A stretch of DNA of 64,000 nucleotides from Christensenella sp. (GTDB lineage Bacteria; Bacillota; Clostridia; Christensenellales; UBA3700): contig JALFUR010000010.1 in NCBI GenBank assembly GCA_022784465.1, positions 256,856 through 320,855 of the forward strand, in the 5' to 3' direction. Of this stretch, positions 28,403 to 37,901 are shown in pieces. Every line of letters begins with the position of its first letter. The stretch's first letter is position 1. A model generated the notes under the pieces. That model did no database searches, was not told where the DNA came from, and worked only from the letters and a program-made list of their open reading frames with translations. The position numbers were made by a program, and so were the translations under genes.

Positions 28403-30757
28403 ATGAAAGACAAAAAGTTTTTAGCCAAACTCATTGCGGTTATTCTTGTTGTTTCAATGCTTTGTGTAGGCATGTTTGCATGCAAAAAAGATGAAAAACC
28501 AAAGCCTGAACCAGACAAACAAGAAGAAGAAAAATATGATGCAGTTACACCTCTTGTAAATGCTGTTGTAAAGAGTTTGGAAAATGGTGACATGGAAGAT
28601 CTTGTAGTTTCTGGAGAATTAGGTCTTGGCCTAAAGAACGGAAACAACACTTCTAATTACAAAATTTCTCTTGATTTAGATTTAAACTTATATAATGGTT
28701 CTAACGAAGAATCTAATACTTCTTTACAAGCAGAAATTAAAGACGGAGATAGCATAATTTTCGGAATGTATTATTATGATTATTCTTCAAAAAATCAAGG
28801 CTCAGATGCTTTTGCTGATGGAAAACTTTATATGCAATATAAAGATGGCACTGCAATGAAAAAGATTGCCATTACTGTTCCTCAGGTTAATGCTACAATG
28901 AAAGCTTTGGATGCTAAAGTAGACTTCTCTAAGATTGATTTATCTAATATTGATATCTCTAGCGCTGCTACAATTTTATCCGTTGTTTCTTCTATTACAG
29001 AAGTTGATGCTGCAGATAATACAAAGTTCACAGTAAACTTAACAAATGTATTAAATAATTTTGCTGATATTTTAGGCGGTATTGATTTAAATGGTGAAGA
29101 TATGCCTCTTGGAATCGCTCTAAAGGGTTCTGATTTAGCAACAATTCTTCCAGAAATCGAAATCGTTATTGATTATGATTTAAAATCTAACGGACATTTA
29201 GATAAATTAGATGTAAACTTAAAGCTATCAGACAAAGATATCATTATCAATAAGGTAGATAATAAACCTCTTCTTGTTGTTGGTATGAATGGTGCTGTTG
29301 AAGTTCATCCTACATTAAAATTCGCTGTAAGCAAAAGTTCTGCTCCGGTTGTTGTTACAGGAGCATACGATGATCCAGTGATAAATAAAACAGAAAGCAA
29401 ATATGTAAATCAATCATTAATTAACGCTCAAGTTTCTATTGGTTTGAAAGTTGATCAAGACATCGCTCTAAACGTTATGGATGGATTAAAAATTAACTTG
29501 GCTGCAGATACATACACAGCTAAATTAAAAGTTGATGCTGATCCTACTGTTATCTTAGGCAAATTGTTCAGCTATGTTCCAGCAACTGAATATGTAGCAG
29601 GCGAATTTTATTTTGAACAAATAGTTAAAGATAAGTTGTATGTAAGAGCAGATAATGTTACAGCAGCTAATGTTACAAATTACTATGTAAGAGTTGCTAA
29701 CTTAGGCTTTGATGGATTTGGCGCTATCTTAGATACCATTTCTTCAATTTTAGGTTGCGTAAACGCTCTTGAACTTGAAATCGCTGGTTCTACAGCAGAA
29801 AACGTTCCTCTAAAATTATATGCTGCTAAAGACTCAAATGGTCTATTAAAAATTACTATTGAGAAACTTGATCTTATTACTAATAACGATGGTGCGCCTT
29901 TACTTGGATCTTTAAGTGGTTTTGAAATTCAAGGTTTAATTAATGCAATTAAGCCAGTTATTATTAGTCTTGTTGGCGCTGATGAAGCAAACAACACAGC
30001 AATCTTTGAAACAATCGCTGGATACTTAACAAATGCATATATTGGACTATTTGCAGATAACGCAGAAAGCTTAGCTGCTGATTACAAAAAGCCAGGCGCT
30101 CATGCTGAAATCAAGATAGATAACATTCCATTCTCTGGATACACTCAATTCAAGGGAGCATACAATTCAAATTATGACTACTACAAGATGACAGCAGAAG
30201 CTAAATATACAGAAGTAAGCATTACAGAGTTTGCTAAAGATACAACATATTACACATATGATGAACAATACAGCAAAGTAGATAAAGATTTAGTTGAAAC
30301 TCCAAAAAAAGGCGTAGAATACTATACAAAGGACGGAGAAACATATACTAAAGTTAATGTATCAGCATGGGAAAAAGGTGTAACATATTACACAAGGGCT
30401 ATGGTATATAATCAAGCTGCTAAATACGAAAGTGGTAAAACATATTATACATATGAAGCTGCTAAGTATACTAAGGCTAATGTAACAAGTGCTGAAACAT
30501 TTGATTCTGAAAAAGCTGCAAGCGTAGATAAAGCATTATATGTTGGTGGTTCAGATGTTAATGCTACAAAACCATTTGGTATTGGTCTTGATGCAACTTT
30601 AGATATTACTAAAGCTGGTGGTCTTGTTCTTAATGCTACTGTAAAGGGTATGGACTTCATTGGTCTTGCTCCTACATTAACAGTTAAGATTTCAAATGCT
30701 AGCGGTTCTCTATTCACATATGATTATCCAACATGGGAACAAATTACTGCTGCTTAA
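28403..30757 (+). CDS. Large lipoprotein (784 aa) with C-terminal YYT(x)nYTK repeats; function unknown
   Basis: AGGAGG RBS. Signal peptide with lipobox LCVGMFAC followed by KKDEKPKPEPD linker. Four ~14-aa repeats (DTTYYTYDEQYSKV, GVEYYTKDGETYTKV, GVTYYTRAMVYNQA, GKTYYTYEAAKYTKA). Confidence 0.7.
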   Translation: MKDKKFLAKLIAVILVVSMLCVGMFACKKDEKPKPEPDKQEEEKYDAVTPLVNAVVKSLENGDMEDLVVSGELGLGLKNGNNTSNYKISLDLDLNLYNGSNEESNTSLQAEIKDGDSIIFGMYYYDYSSKNQGSDAFADGKLYMQYKDGTAMKKIAITVPQVNATMKALDAKVDFSKIDLSNIDISSAATILSVVSSITEVDAADNTKFTVNLTNVLNNFADILGGIDLNGEDMPLGIALKGSDLATILPEIEIVIDYDLKSNGHLDKLDVNLKLSDKDIIINKVDNKPLLVVGMNGAVEVHPTLKFAVSKSSAPVVVTGAYDDPVINKTESKYVNQSLINAQVSIGLKVDQDIALNVMDGLKINLAADTYTAKLKVDADPTVILGKLFSYVPATEYVAGEFYFEQIVKDKLYVRADNVTAANVTNYYVRVANLGFDGFGAILDTISSILGCVNALELEIAGSTAENVPLKLYAAKDSNGLLKITIEKLDLITNNDGAPLLGSLSGFEIQGLINAIKPVIISLVGADEANNTAIFETIAGYLTNAYIGLFADNAESLAADYKKPGAHAEIKIDNIPFSGYTQFKGAYNSNYDYYKMTAEAKYTEVSITEFAKDTTYYTYDEQYSKVDKDLVETPKKGVEYYTKDGETYTKVNVSAWEKGVTYYTRAMVYNQAAKYESGKTYYTYEAAKYTKANVTSAETFDSEKAASVDKALYVGGSDVNATKPFGIGLDATLDITKAGGLVLNATVKGMDFIGLAPTLTVKISNASGSLFTYDYPTWEQITAA

Positions 30758-30781
30758 TAACTAATTAAATTAGTTCAACAT

Positions 30782-30811
30782 TAGAGGCTCTTTATGGGCC
30801 TCTATTTTTTT
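30782..30811 (+). terminator. Rho-independent terminator after the lipoprotein gene
   Basis: TAGAGGC-tctttatgg-GCCTCTA followed by TTTTTTT. Confidence 0.75.
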
Positions 30812-30839
30812 ATCATTTATTAAAAATAGTTATATTTTC

Positions 30840-30867
30840 TTTACTAAATATTTTAAATAGTTATAAT
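30840..30867 (+). promoter_or_regulatory. Sigma-A-like promoter for leuS
   Basis: TTTACT, 16-nt spacer, TATAAT. AAGAGG RBS downstream. The leader is only ~25 nt. Confidence 0.5.
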
Positions 30868-30899
30868 ATTATATATATAAATAAGAGGTTTATTATATT

Positions 30900-33329
30900 A
30901 TGGATTTTAAACAAATTGAACAAAAATGGCAGAAAAAATGGGAAGAAGAAAAATTATATTCTTTCGATACTTCAAAAAGAGACAATAAATATTATGTTCT
31001 AGAAATGTTCTCATACCCTTCAGGTGCAAAATTGCATGCTGGACATTGGTATAATTATGGACCAAGTGATTCTTTTGCTAGATTTATGAGAATGCAAGGC
31101 AAAGAGGTGTTTCAACCTATGGGCTTTGACGCTTTTGGTTTACCTGCAGAAAACTATGCAATTAAAACAGGTATTCACCCACAAGATAGTACACTAAAAA
31201 ATATTGATACTATGGAAAAACAATTAAAGGCTATGGGTGCTTCTTTTGATTGGGACTATGAAATAAAAACCTGTATGCCAGATTATTATAAATGGACTCA
31301 ATGGATTTTCTTGCAATTATATAAAAACAAACTTGCATATAGAAAAAAAGCGCCAGTTAACTGGTGTACATCTTGTAATACCGTACTTGCAAATGAACAA
31401 GTAATAGATGGCTGTTGCGAAAGATGTGGAAGCCCTGTTATACAAAAAGATCTAACACAATGGTTCTTTAAAATAACAGATTATGCTGAAGAATTATTGC
31501 AAGGATTAGACACTCTTGATTGGCCAGAAAAAACAAAAGCTATGCAAAGACATTGGATTGGAAAATCTACTGGCGGCGAGATTGAATTTTTATGTGAAAG
31601 TGGAGATAAATTTAGAGTATTTACAACTCGTGCAGATACTGCATATGGTATTACATATGTTGTTCTTGCTCCCGAACATCCACTTGTAGACAAGTTGACA
31701 ACAGCAGAACAAAAACAAGCTGTTGAACAATATAAATATGAATGTTCAAAAACTAAAGAAATAGAAAGATTATCTACTTCTAGAGAAAAAACTGGCGTAT
31801 TTACTGGTAGCTATTGCTATAATCCTGTAAACGGCAAAAAAGTTCCTATTTGGATAGGAGATTACGTTCTTGCTTCGTATGGAACAGGAGCCGTAATGGG
31901 AGTTCCTGCCCACGATGAAAGAGATTATACTTTTGCTAAAAAACATAATATCCCAATTATTAGAACAATAAAAAGCAAGAACGGAGAGGACGATTCCCTT
32001 CCTTTCTGCGAATATGGAGTTTGTTGCAATAGTGAAGAATTTGATAACATGACAACAGAAGAAGCAAAGGTTGCTATTGTAAAGAAACTTGAAAAGGAAC
32101 ATAAAGGCGAATTAAAGACCAATTATAGATTACGTGACTGGCTTATTTCTCGTCAAAGATACTGGGGTTGCCCTATTCCAATTGTTTATTGCGAAAAGTG
32201 TGGTGAGGTTCCAGTTAAAGAATCTCAATTGCCTGTAAAATTGCCATACAACGTAGATTTCACACCAGACGGCAAAAGCCCTCTATTAAAGTGTGAGGAG
32301 TTTATGAATACAACTTGCCCTTGTTGTGGTGGCCCTGCTAGAAGAGACCCAGATACTATGGATACCTTTGTTTGCTCAAGCTGGTATTTCTTAAGATATC
32401 CAGACGCAAAAAATGATAAAATGGCTTTTGATCCAAAGATAATAAATAAAATGCTTCCAGTAGATAAATATATTGGAGGAGCTGAACACGCATGTATGCA
32501 TTTGTTATATGCTAGATTCTTTACAAAAGCTTTAAGAGATTTAGGATATTTAAACTTTGATGAACCATTTAAATCTTTGGTTCACCAAGGAACGATTTTA
32601 GGCCCAGACGGATACAAAATGAGTAAATCTAGGGGAAATGTTGTATCTCCTGACGATTGCATTAAAAAATACGGTTCTGATGCGTTTAGAATGTATTTAA
32701 TGTTCGGTTTTTCTTATATAGAAGGCGGACCATGGAATGAAAGCGGTATAGATTCTATTGTTAAATTTATTGAAAGAGTTGAAAGACTTGTTTCAAAATC
32801 TGTTGAGATAAAAGAAACAAATAATACTTTTGATTCAAAAGAAAAGGATTTAAACTTTATTAGAAACTCTACAATAATGAAAGTAACACAAGATATGAAA
32901 GCATTCTCTTTCAATACTGGAATTGCCAGAATAATGGAATATGTTAATGCTTTATACAAATATATAGATAGCCCTTCATTTAATGAAAAATTCTTTAAAG
33001 ATTGCGTGAAAGACCTTGTGTTAATTTTAGCTCCAATTATTCCTCATACTGCAGAAGAGTTTTTCGAAATGCTTGGAAATACAACATCTGTATTTAACGA
33101 AAAATACCCTACATATGACGAAAAAGCCCTTGTTAAAGATGAGTATGAACTTGCTGTTCAAATAAATAGTAAAATAAAGGCAAAAATTGTTGTTCCAGCA
33201 AATGCTACACAACAAGAAATACAGACAATTGCTTTGAATGATTCCTCTGTTAAGAATGCTTTAGGATCATTAAATATTTTGAAAGTAATTGTAATACCAA
33301 AAAGATTAGTTAACATTGTAGCAAAATAA
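30900..33329 (+). CDS. leuS: Leucine--tRNA ligase
   Basis: 809 aa. Class I HIGH-type motif (LHAGHWYNY), KMSKS motif (YKMSKSRGN), CP1 editing region and Zn-binding CxxC pairs typical of bacterial LeuS. Confidence 0.97.
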   Translation: MDFKQIEQKWQKKWEEEKLYSFDTSKRDNKYYVLEMFSYPSGAKLHAGHWYNYGPSDSFARFMRMQGKEVFQPMGFDAFGLPAENYAIKTGIHPQDSTLKNIDTMEKQLKAMGASFDWDYEIKTCMPDYYKWTQWIFLQLYKNKLAYRKKAPVNWCTSCNTVLANEQVIDGCCERCGSPVIQKDLTQWFFKITDYAEELLQGLDTLDWPEKTKAMQRHWIGKSTGGEIEFLCESGDKFRVFTTRADTAYGITYVVLAPEHPLVDKLTTAEQKQAVEQYKYECSKTKEIERLSTSREKTGVFTGSYCYNPVNGKKVPIWIGDYVLASYGTGAVMGVPAHDERDYTFAKKHNIPIIRTIKSKNGEDDSLPFCEYGVCCNSEEFDNMTTEEAKVAIVKKLEKEHKGELKTNYRLRDWLISRQRYWGCPIPIVYCEKCGEVPVKESQLPVKLPYNVDFTPDGKSPLLKCEEFMNTTCPCCGGPARRDPDTMDTFVCSSWYFLRYPDAKNDKMAFDPKIINKMLPVDKYIGGAEHACMHLLYARFFTKALRDLGYLNFDEPFKSLVHQGTILGPDGYKMSKSRGNVVSPDDCIKKYGSDAFRMYLMFGFSYIEGGPWNESGIDSIVKFIERVERLVSKSVEIKETNNTFDSKEKDLNFIRNSTIMKVTQDMKAFSFNTGIARIMEYVNALYKYIDSPSFNEKFFKDCVKDLVLILAPIIPHTAEEFFEMLGNTTSVFNEKYPTYDEKALVKDEYELAVQINSKIKAKIVVPANATQQEIQTIALNDSSVKNALGSLNILKVIVIPKRLVNIVAK

Positions 33330-33345
33330 TTATATAAACATAAAT

Positions 33346-33392
33346 AATACATCTAACAAGGCATAGCCTAGTTAAATCTAAAATGTATTATA
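33346..33392 (+). repeat. Copy A of a conserved ~46-nt nested-hairpin element directly upstream of a start codon (serS)
   Basis: AATACATCTAAC-AAGGCATAGCCTA-GTTAAATCTAAAATGTATTATA. Outer stem AATACA/TGTATT, inner stem AAC+AGGC/GCCT+GTT. Second copy at 41875..41919. Confidence 0.6.
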
Positions 33393-33401
33393 TGAGACAA
33401 T

Positions 33402-34685
33402 ATGATAGATATTAAATTTTTAAGAAACAATCCTGATATAGTAAAGGAAAATATTAAAAAGAAATTTCAGGACCAAAAATTAGTATTAGTTGACGAAGTA
33501 TTAGATTTAGACAATCAATTTCGTGAGGCAAAAAATAGAGGCGACTATTTACGTTCACAAAGAAATAGCATAAGCAAACAAATAGGCTTTTATATGGCCA
33601 AAGGCCAAAAAGAAGAGGCAGAAAAGGCTAAAGCTCAAGTAAATAGCATGGCTCAAGAACTTCTTGAATTAGAGCAAAAAGAAACAACTCTTCAAGAAGA
33701 AATTAAAAAGAGAATGATGGTTATTCCAAACATTATCGACGATTCTGTTCCTATTGGAAAAGACGATAGCGAAAACGTTGAAATGGAAAAATTTGGAGAA
33801 CCTTTTGTTCCTTCATATGAAATTCCATATCATGTGGACATCATGGAAAGTTTTGACGGCATAGACCTAGATAGTGCAAGAAAAACAAGTGGTAATGGAT
33901 TCTATTATTTAAAAGGAGACATTGCTAGATTACATAGCGCAATTCTATCCTATGCTAGAGACTTCATGATAGACAGGGGCTTTACTTACTATATTCCTCC
34001 TTTTATGATTCATTCTAGCGTCGTTAATGGAGTTATGAGTTTTGCTGAAATGGAAAATATGATGTACAAGATTGAAGGAGAAGATTTATACCTTATTGGA
34101 ACCTCTGAGCACTCTATGATTGGTAAATTTATGGATACAATTACACCTGAAGAAAAATTGCCAATTTGCTTAACAAGTTACTCTCCTTGTTTCAGAAAAG
34201 AAGTAGGTGCACACGGAATAGAAGAAAGAGGCGTATATAGAATCCATCAATTTGAAAAACAAGAAATGATTGTTGTATGTAAACCTGAAGAAAGCATGGA
34301 ATGGTACAAAAAGTTATACACAAATACTGTAGATTTCTTTAGATCTTTAGATATACCTGTAAGAACTCTTGAATGCTGCTCAGGAGATTTAGCAGATTTA
34401 AAGGTAAAGAGTTGCGATGTGGAAGCTTGGTCTCCAAGACAAAAGAAGTATTTCGAAGTAGGTAGTTGCTCTAACTTGGGTGATGCTCAAGCTCGTAGAC
34501 TTGGCATAAGAGTCAAAGGAGCAGGAAAAGAAAACTATTTCGCTCACACTTTAAACAATACTGTTGTTGCCCCACCTCGTATGCTTATTGCTTTCTTGGA
34601 AAACAATCTAAACGAAGATGGTTCTGTAAATATTCCAAAACCTTTACAAATGTACATGGGTGGAAAAACTAAAATTACAAAATAA
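33402..34685 (+). CDS. serS: Serine--tRNA ligase
   Basis: 427 aa. N-terminal coiled-coil arm (MIDIKFLRNNPD...) and class II core (TSEHSM, FRKE, GSCSN...RR motifs). Confidence 0.97.
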   Translation: MIDIKFLRNNPDIVKENIKKKFQDQKLVLVDEVLDLDNQFREAKNRGDYLRSQRNSISKQIGFYMAKGQKEEAEKAKAQVNSMAQELLELEQKETTLQEEIKKRMMVIPNIIDDSVPIGKDDSENVEMEKFGEPFVPSYEIPYHVDIMESFDGIDLDSARKTSGNGFYYLKGDIARLHSAILSYARDFMIDRGFTYYIPPFMIHSSVVNGVMSFAEMENMMYKIEGEDLYLIGTSEHSMIGKFMDTITPEEKLPICLTSYSPCFRKEVGAHGIEERGVYRIHQFEKQEMIVVCKPEESMEWYKKLYTNTVDFFRSLDIPVRTLECCSGDLADLKVKSCDVEAWSPRQKKYFEVGSCSNLGDAQARRLGIRVKGAGKENYFAHTLNNTVVAPPRMLIAFLENNLNEDGSVNIPKPLQMYMGGKTKITK

Positions 34686-34713
34686 AAAACTTAATCTGTA
34701 TACATTTATTTTG

Positions 34714-34748
34714 CGAGTTACTTCTTGTTGTAGTAACTCGTTTTATTT
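34714..34748 (+). terminator. Rho-independent terminator after serS
   Basis: Perfect 9-bp stem CGAGTTACT/AGTAACTCG followed by TTTTATTT. Confidence 0.75.
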
Positions 34749-34762
34749 GTTAAAATAAGTTT

Positions 34763-35599
34763 ATGGAACAAAAAAATGCAAATTTAAAAAAAGAAAGAAT
34801 ATGGGAATTAGACTTTATTAGAGGCCTTTGTGTTCTTTTAATGATTTTCGACCACACAATGTATGACCTTACCTCATATTCTTATCAATGGTTTAAAGAG
34901 ACAGGAAAACAAATTTTTTATGAGATTTATTCTATTTCCTATCATTATTTTTTTGAACTAGATTTGCGTCTTATTGTTGAGCCTATTGTTGTTATTATAT
35001 TTTGCGCAGTTTGCGGTATATCTTGTTCTTTTTCAAGAAATAATCTTAAGCGTGCAATTGAACTTGCGGTTTGTTCAATTTTAATTACTATTGTTACGAC
35101 TATTATAGAAAGCCCTATTACTTTTGGAATTCTTCATATGCTTACTGTTTCAATTTTAATGTGGTGTTTAATTAATTTTATATGTCGTAAAAAACCTTTA
35201 GTAACAGCTTTTGCTTGTGGAATTATTGGCATTGCCGTAATTGTAATAGCTTATGTATGTAACTCTATTTACGAAACAAATCCAACTGCATTTACAGATA
35301 ACAATACCTGGTATTTCTTAGGCGAGTTTATGCGTGCTGATCCTAGCAAAATAGTTAATAATGACGATCAACCTATTTTCCCTTTAATGGGATACATGCT
35401 TCTAGGCGCTGCAATTGGACCAATTGTTTATAAAAACAAAAAATCCCTAATGCCTTCTTTAGGAAAATACGATTGGTATGCTCCTGTTAATTTTTGGGGC
35501 AGAATTGCAATTTGGGTATATATTTTCCATCAAATAATTATTGCTGGTGTTTTTGCTGTTATAAGTCTTGTCCTTACAGGAAAGTTCTTAATGCCATAA
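34763..35599 (+). CDS. Polytopic membrane protein, DUF1624/heparan-alpha-glucosaminide N-acetyltransferase-like acyltransferase family
   Basis: N-terminal ERIWELDFIRGLCVLLMIFDHT motif and multiple TM helices, 278 aa. Confidence 0.55.
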   Translation: MEQKNANLKKERIWELDFIRGLCVLLMIFDHTMYDLTSYSYQWFKETGKQIFYEIYSISYHYFFELDLRLIVEPIVVIIFCAVCGISCSFSRNNLKRAIELAVCSILITIVTTIIESPITFGILHMLTVSILMWCLINFICRKKPLVTAFACGIIGIAVIVIAYVCNSIYETNPTAFTDNNTWYFLGEFMRADPSKIVNNDDQPIFPLMGYMLLGAAIGPIVYKNKKSLMPSLGKYDWYAPVNFWGRIAIWVYIFHQIIIAGVFAVISLVLTGKFLMP

Positions 35600-35603
35600 A
35601 AAA

Positions 35604-35626
35604 CCCACACGATATATACGTGTGGG
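35604..35626. terminator. Bidirectional hairpin between convergent genes
   Basis: CCCACACG-atatata-CGTGTGGG, flanked by an A-tract on the left (giving a U-tract for the minus-strand transcript). Confidence 0.65.
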
Positions 35627-35651
35627 ATAAAAATCGATTATTAATTTATTA

Positions 35652-36251
35652 TTAATCGTCGTCGTTTAAATTCTTTAGTTTGCGAATTCTTTCTTGAACC
35701 TCATCTTCGTCTTCTTCTTCAAAATCATTAGGATCGATGTTTTTACTCATTAAAGAGAATTCTTTGTCTGTTTCGTCTTCCTCTTCTTCGTATTCTTCTT
35801 CGACATCTTCTGGTTCATCCTCGTCTAGCACTTGTGGGAACAAATCTTCATCATCTATTGGCTCGTCGATATTGTCTTCAGAAAAAGCTGATGTATCGTC
35901 ATCGTAGCTATCATCAACATTTTCTTCCTCTTCTTCGGCATCCTCTCCCCCAAGATAATCTAGATCTAATGTCTCTGTTTCTATTACTGAAACTGGATTA
36001 TCATCTCTATCTTCTGAAGAATCATCATCGTTCTTTTTATTTTGCTTTAAATGCTCTTCACATTCTTTGCAATATTTTTTTCCAGGCTCAACAAAATTGA
36101 CTTCGCAAATTGGACAAATTTCTTGAAAGATATCTACTTCATTTGTTAATTGCGCTTTGCATACTTCGCATAATTCCTCTTCTGCTTTAATCCAATTAAG
36201 TTCGCATCTAGGACATAATTTAAATTTTGCCATATTATTTTCCTTCCCCAT
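35652..36251 (-). CDS. Double zinc-ribbon protein with a long acidic tail (199 aa), downstream of spo0A
   Basis: CPRC..(13)..CEVC and CPIC..(11)..CKEC, followed by ~130 aa very rich in D/E. Confidence 0.5.
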   Translation of the reverse strand: MGKENNMAKFKLCPRCELNWIKAEEELCEVCKAQLTNEVDIFQEICPICEVNFVEPGKKYCKECEEHLKQNKKNDDDSSEDRDDNPVSVIETETLDLDYLGGEDAEEEEENVDDSYDDDTSAFSEDNIDEPIDDEDLFPQVLDEDEPEDVEEEYEEEEDETDKEFSLMSKNIDPNDFEEEDEDEVQERIRKLKNLNDDD

Positions 36252-36343
36252 AAAGTTAAATTATTTTTTCTCTTCGTGAAAGTATTATATGCACAATATT
36301 ATATTTTGTAAATACCTTTTTAGAAAATAATAAGAATTTTCTT

Positions 36344-37135
36344 CTATATACCCTCTGTTAAAAGCTTATTTGCTACTAATGCTATTAACTCCCCATTCGA
36401 GGGCTTGTCCAGTTTTGTGTATAATTTCATGCCAACAATTTTATTTATATTATCAAATTTACCCTTATTCCAAGATACATCAATTGCATGTCTTATTGCC
36501 CTTTCTACTCTTGGAGCTTCAGTCTTATTCTTCTTGGCAATTGCTGGATAAATCTTTTTGGTAATATAATTTATGGAATCTGGTTCTGCCATCATCATTT
36601 TTACCGCATCTTTTAAATATTGAAAGCCTTTTATATGCGCAGGTATTCCGATTGCTAAAAAAACATTATTTATTTTATCGTCTATAACTTTTGATGACTT
36701 CTTTAGAACTTGCATCATTTCTTTTTCTGCTTGAGTTGTTGGCTCAATTATAATATTATCTTTTTTACTTAATTGAACAACTCTTTGACGCAAGATTTCT
36801 AGATTTACTGGCTTTCTTATAAAATATGAAGCTCCAACAGACATTGCTTGATTGATTATTGCATCATTCATTAAATGACTTACAACAATGTATATAGGTT
36901 TATGATTTAACTTCGTTAAATCAACGCTTTGCATTACACCAATTCCATCAACTCCAGATAAGATTATATCTATAATAACAACATCCGGTTTAAATGCTTC
37001 AATTTTTACTATTCCATCAACTCCATTATTGGCAAAAGCTACTACCTCAAAATCTGGATCGTTTACATACATTTCTTCTATTTCTTTTACTAATTCCTTA
37101 TTTTCATCTATTACAACTATTTTAGTTTTACTCAT
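36344..37135 (-). CDS. spo0A: Sporulation master regulator Spo0A (response regulator)
   Basis: REC domain (KIVVIDEN..., DVVIIDIILSGVDG). Diagnostic Spo0A C-terminal domain: IGIPAHIKGFQYLKDAV...ITKKIYPAIAKKNKTEAPRVERAIRHAIDVSWNKG...KPSNGELIALVANKL. Confidence 0.9.
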   Translation of the reverse strand: MSKTKIVVIDENKELVKEIEEMYVNDPDFEVVAFANNGVDGIVKIEAFKPDVVIIDIILSGVDGIGVMQSVDLTKLNHKPIYIVVSHLMNDAIINQAMSVGASYFIRKPVNLEILRQRVVQLSKKDNIIIEPTTQAEKEMMQVLKKSSKVIDDKINNVFLAIGIPAHIKGFQYLKDAVKMMMAEPDSINYITKKIYPAIAKKNKTEAPRVERAIRHAIDVSWNKGKFDNINKIVGMKLYTKLDKPSNGELIALVANKLLTEGI

Positions 37136-37170
37136 TTCGATACTTCCTTTTAAATTTTATTTTTTAATAA

Positions 37171-37200
37171 TTGACAAGCCTAATATATTCTTGTTATAAT
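37171..37200 (+). promoter_or_regulatory. Strong sigma-A-like promoter for tRNA-Ser
   Basis: TTGACA, 18-nt spacer, TATAAT, ending 11 nt before the tRNA 5' end. Confidence 0.7.
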
Positions 37201-37211
37201 CCTTAATGCTT

Positions 37212-37299
37212 GGAGGAATGGCTGAGTGGTTGAAGGCGGCGGTCTTGAAAACCGTTGAAGTGAGAGCTTCCTGGGGTTCGAATCCCTATTCCTCCGCCA
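37212..37299 (+). tRNA. tRNA-Ser (anticodon UGA), class II with long variable arm, encoded CCA
   Basis: Acceptor GGAGGAA/TTCCTCC. Anticodon stem-loop GCGGT-CTTGAAA-ACCGT. Long variable arm. T-arm GGGGTTCGAATCCCC-like. Discriminator G plus CCA. Confidence 0.9.
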
Positions 37300-37325
37300 A
37301 AGAGACGATATGTCTCTTTTTTTTA
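37300..37325 (+). terminator. Terminator after tRNA-Ser
   Basis: AGAGAC-gatat-GTCTCT followed by TTTTTTTT. Confidence 0.7.
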
Positions 37326-37721
37326 TTCTAACTTCTTTGGAAAAACGCTGACGATTATCTTTCTGAATTCAATTTTGCTTTCACTGCTCTCATACTGTTT
37401 TATTCTTAATTGAATAAGTTGCTTTGGAATAATATACATAACAGCAACCAAAAGAAAAATAGTAATTGAATTAATAATTGATTTTTGTTTTAAAAGCACA
37501 ACACCAAATATACTGAATACGCGTTTAGAAAACAAATAAAAATTATATAGTAAAATGCTTTTGCAACCCCCATCAATGCAGCTCTCAAATGCCTTTGCCA
37601 ATGCAGTAAACATTTCTACAGAAAATACCGAAATAATTAAAATAACGATAAAAATAATCATTATTAATCGCATAATAAAAATACTATCGGTATTCTTCGA
37701 TTTATTTAATTTTCTAAACAC
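37323..37721 (-). CDS. Small membrane protein (132 aa), unknown function
   Basis: Three predicted hydrophobic helices. No recognisable family. Confidence 0.45.
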   Translation of the reverse strand: MFRKLNKSKNTDSIFIMRLIMIIFIVILIISVFSVEMFTALAKAFESCIDGGCKSILLYNFYLFSKRVFSIFGVVLLKQKSIINSITIFLLVAVMYIIPKQLIQLRIKQYESSESKIEFRKIIVSVFPKKLE

Positions 37722-37823
37722 TTTTTAGCACTCCCCCGTGCTTTTTTCACATATTTTGCAATGTGTATCAACATTATAGATTTTAATGTTTTTATTTGTC
37801 AACAATACCCATGAATGTTTTTT

Positions 37824-37840
37824 TGTCGAAATTTGTCGAA
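37824..37840 (+). promoter_or_regulatory. Two tandem perfect Spo0A-box heptamers (TGTCGAA) spaced 10 bp apart
   Basis: TTTGTCGAAaTTTGTCGAA. Heptamers at 37824..37830 and 37834..37840, about 100-120 bp upstream of the minus-strand gene starting at 37721. Confidence 0.4.
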
Positions 37841-37861
37841 TGTTTTCTTTAAATTTAGAAT

Positions 37862-37901
37862 AAAAATAGCCTCTCATTTATTTTGTGAAAAAAGAGAGGC
37901 T
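37862..37901 (-). terminator. Terminator after gpmI
   Basis: On the minus strand, AGCCTCTC...GAGAGGCT stem followed by a U-tract (A-tract at 37862..37866 on plus). Confidence 0.65.

Noticed and set aside
28366-28650. Minus-strand 94-aa ORF overlapping the lipoprotein gene start
   Set aside because: Antisense to a well-supported gene (AGGAGG RBS, lipobox). No RBS, and low-complexity S/F/T-rich translation.
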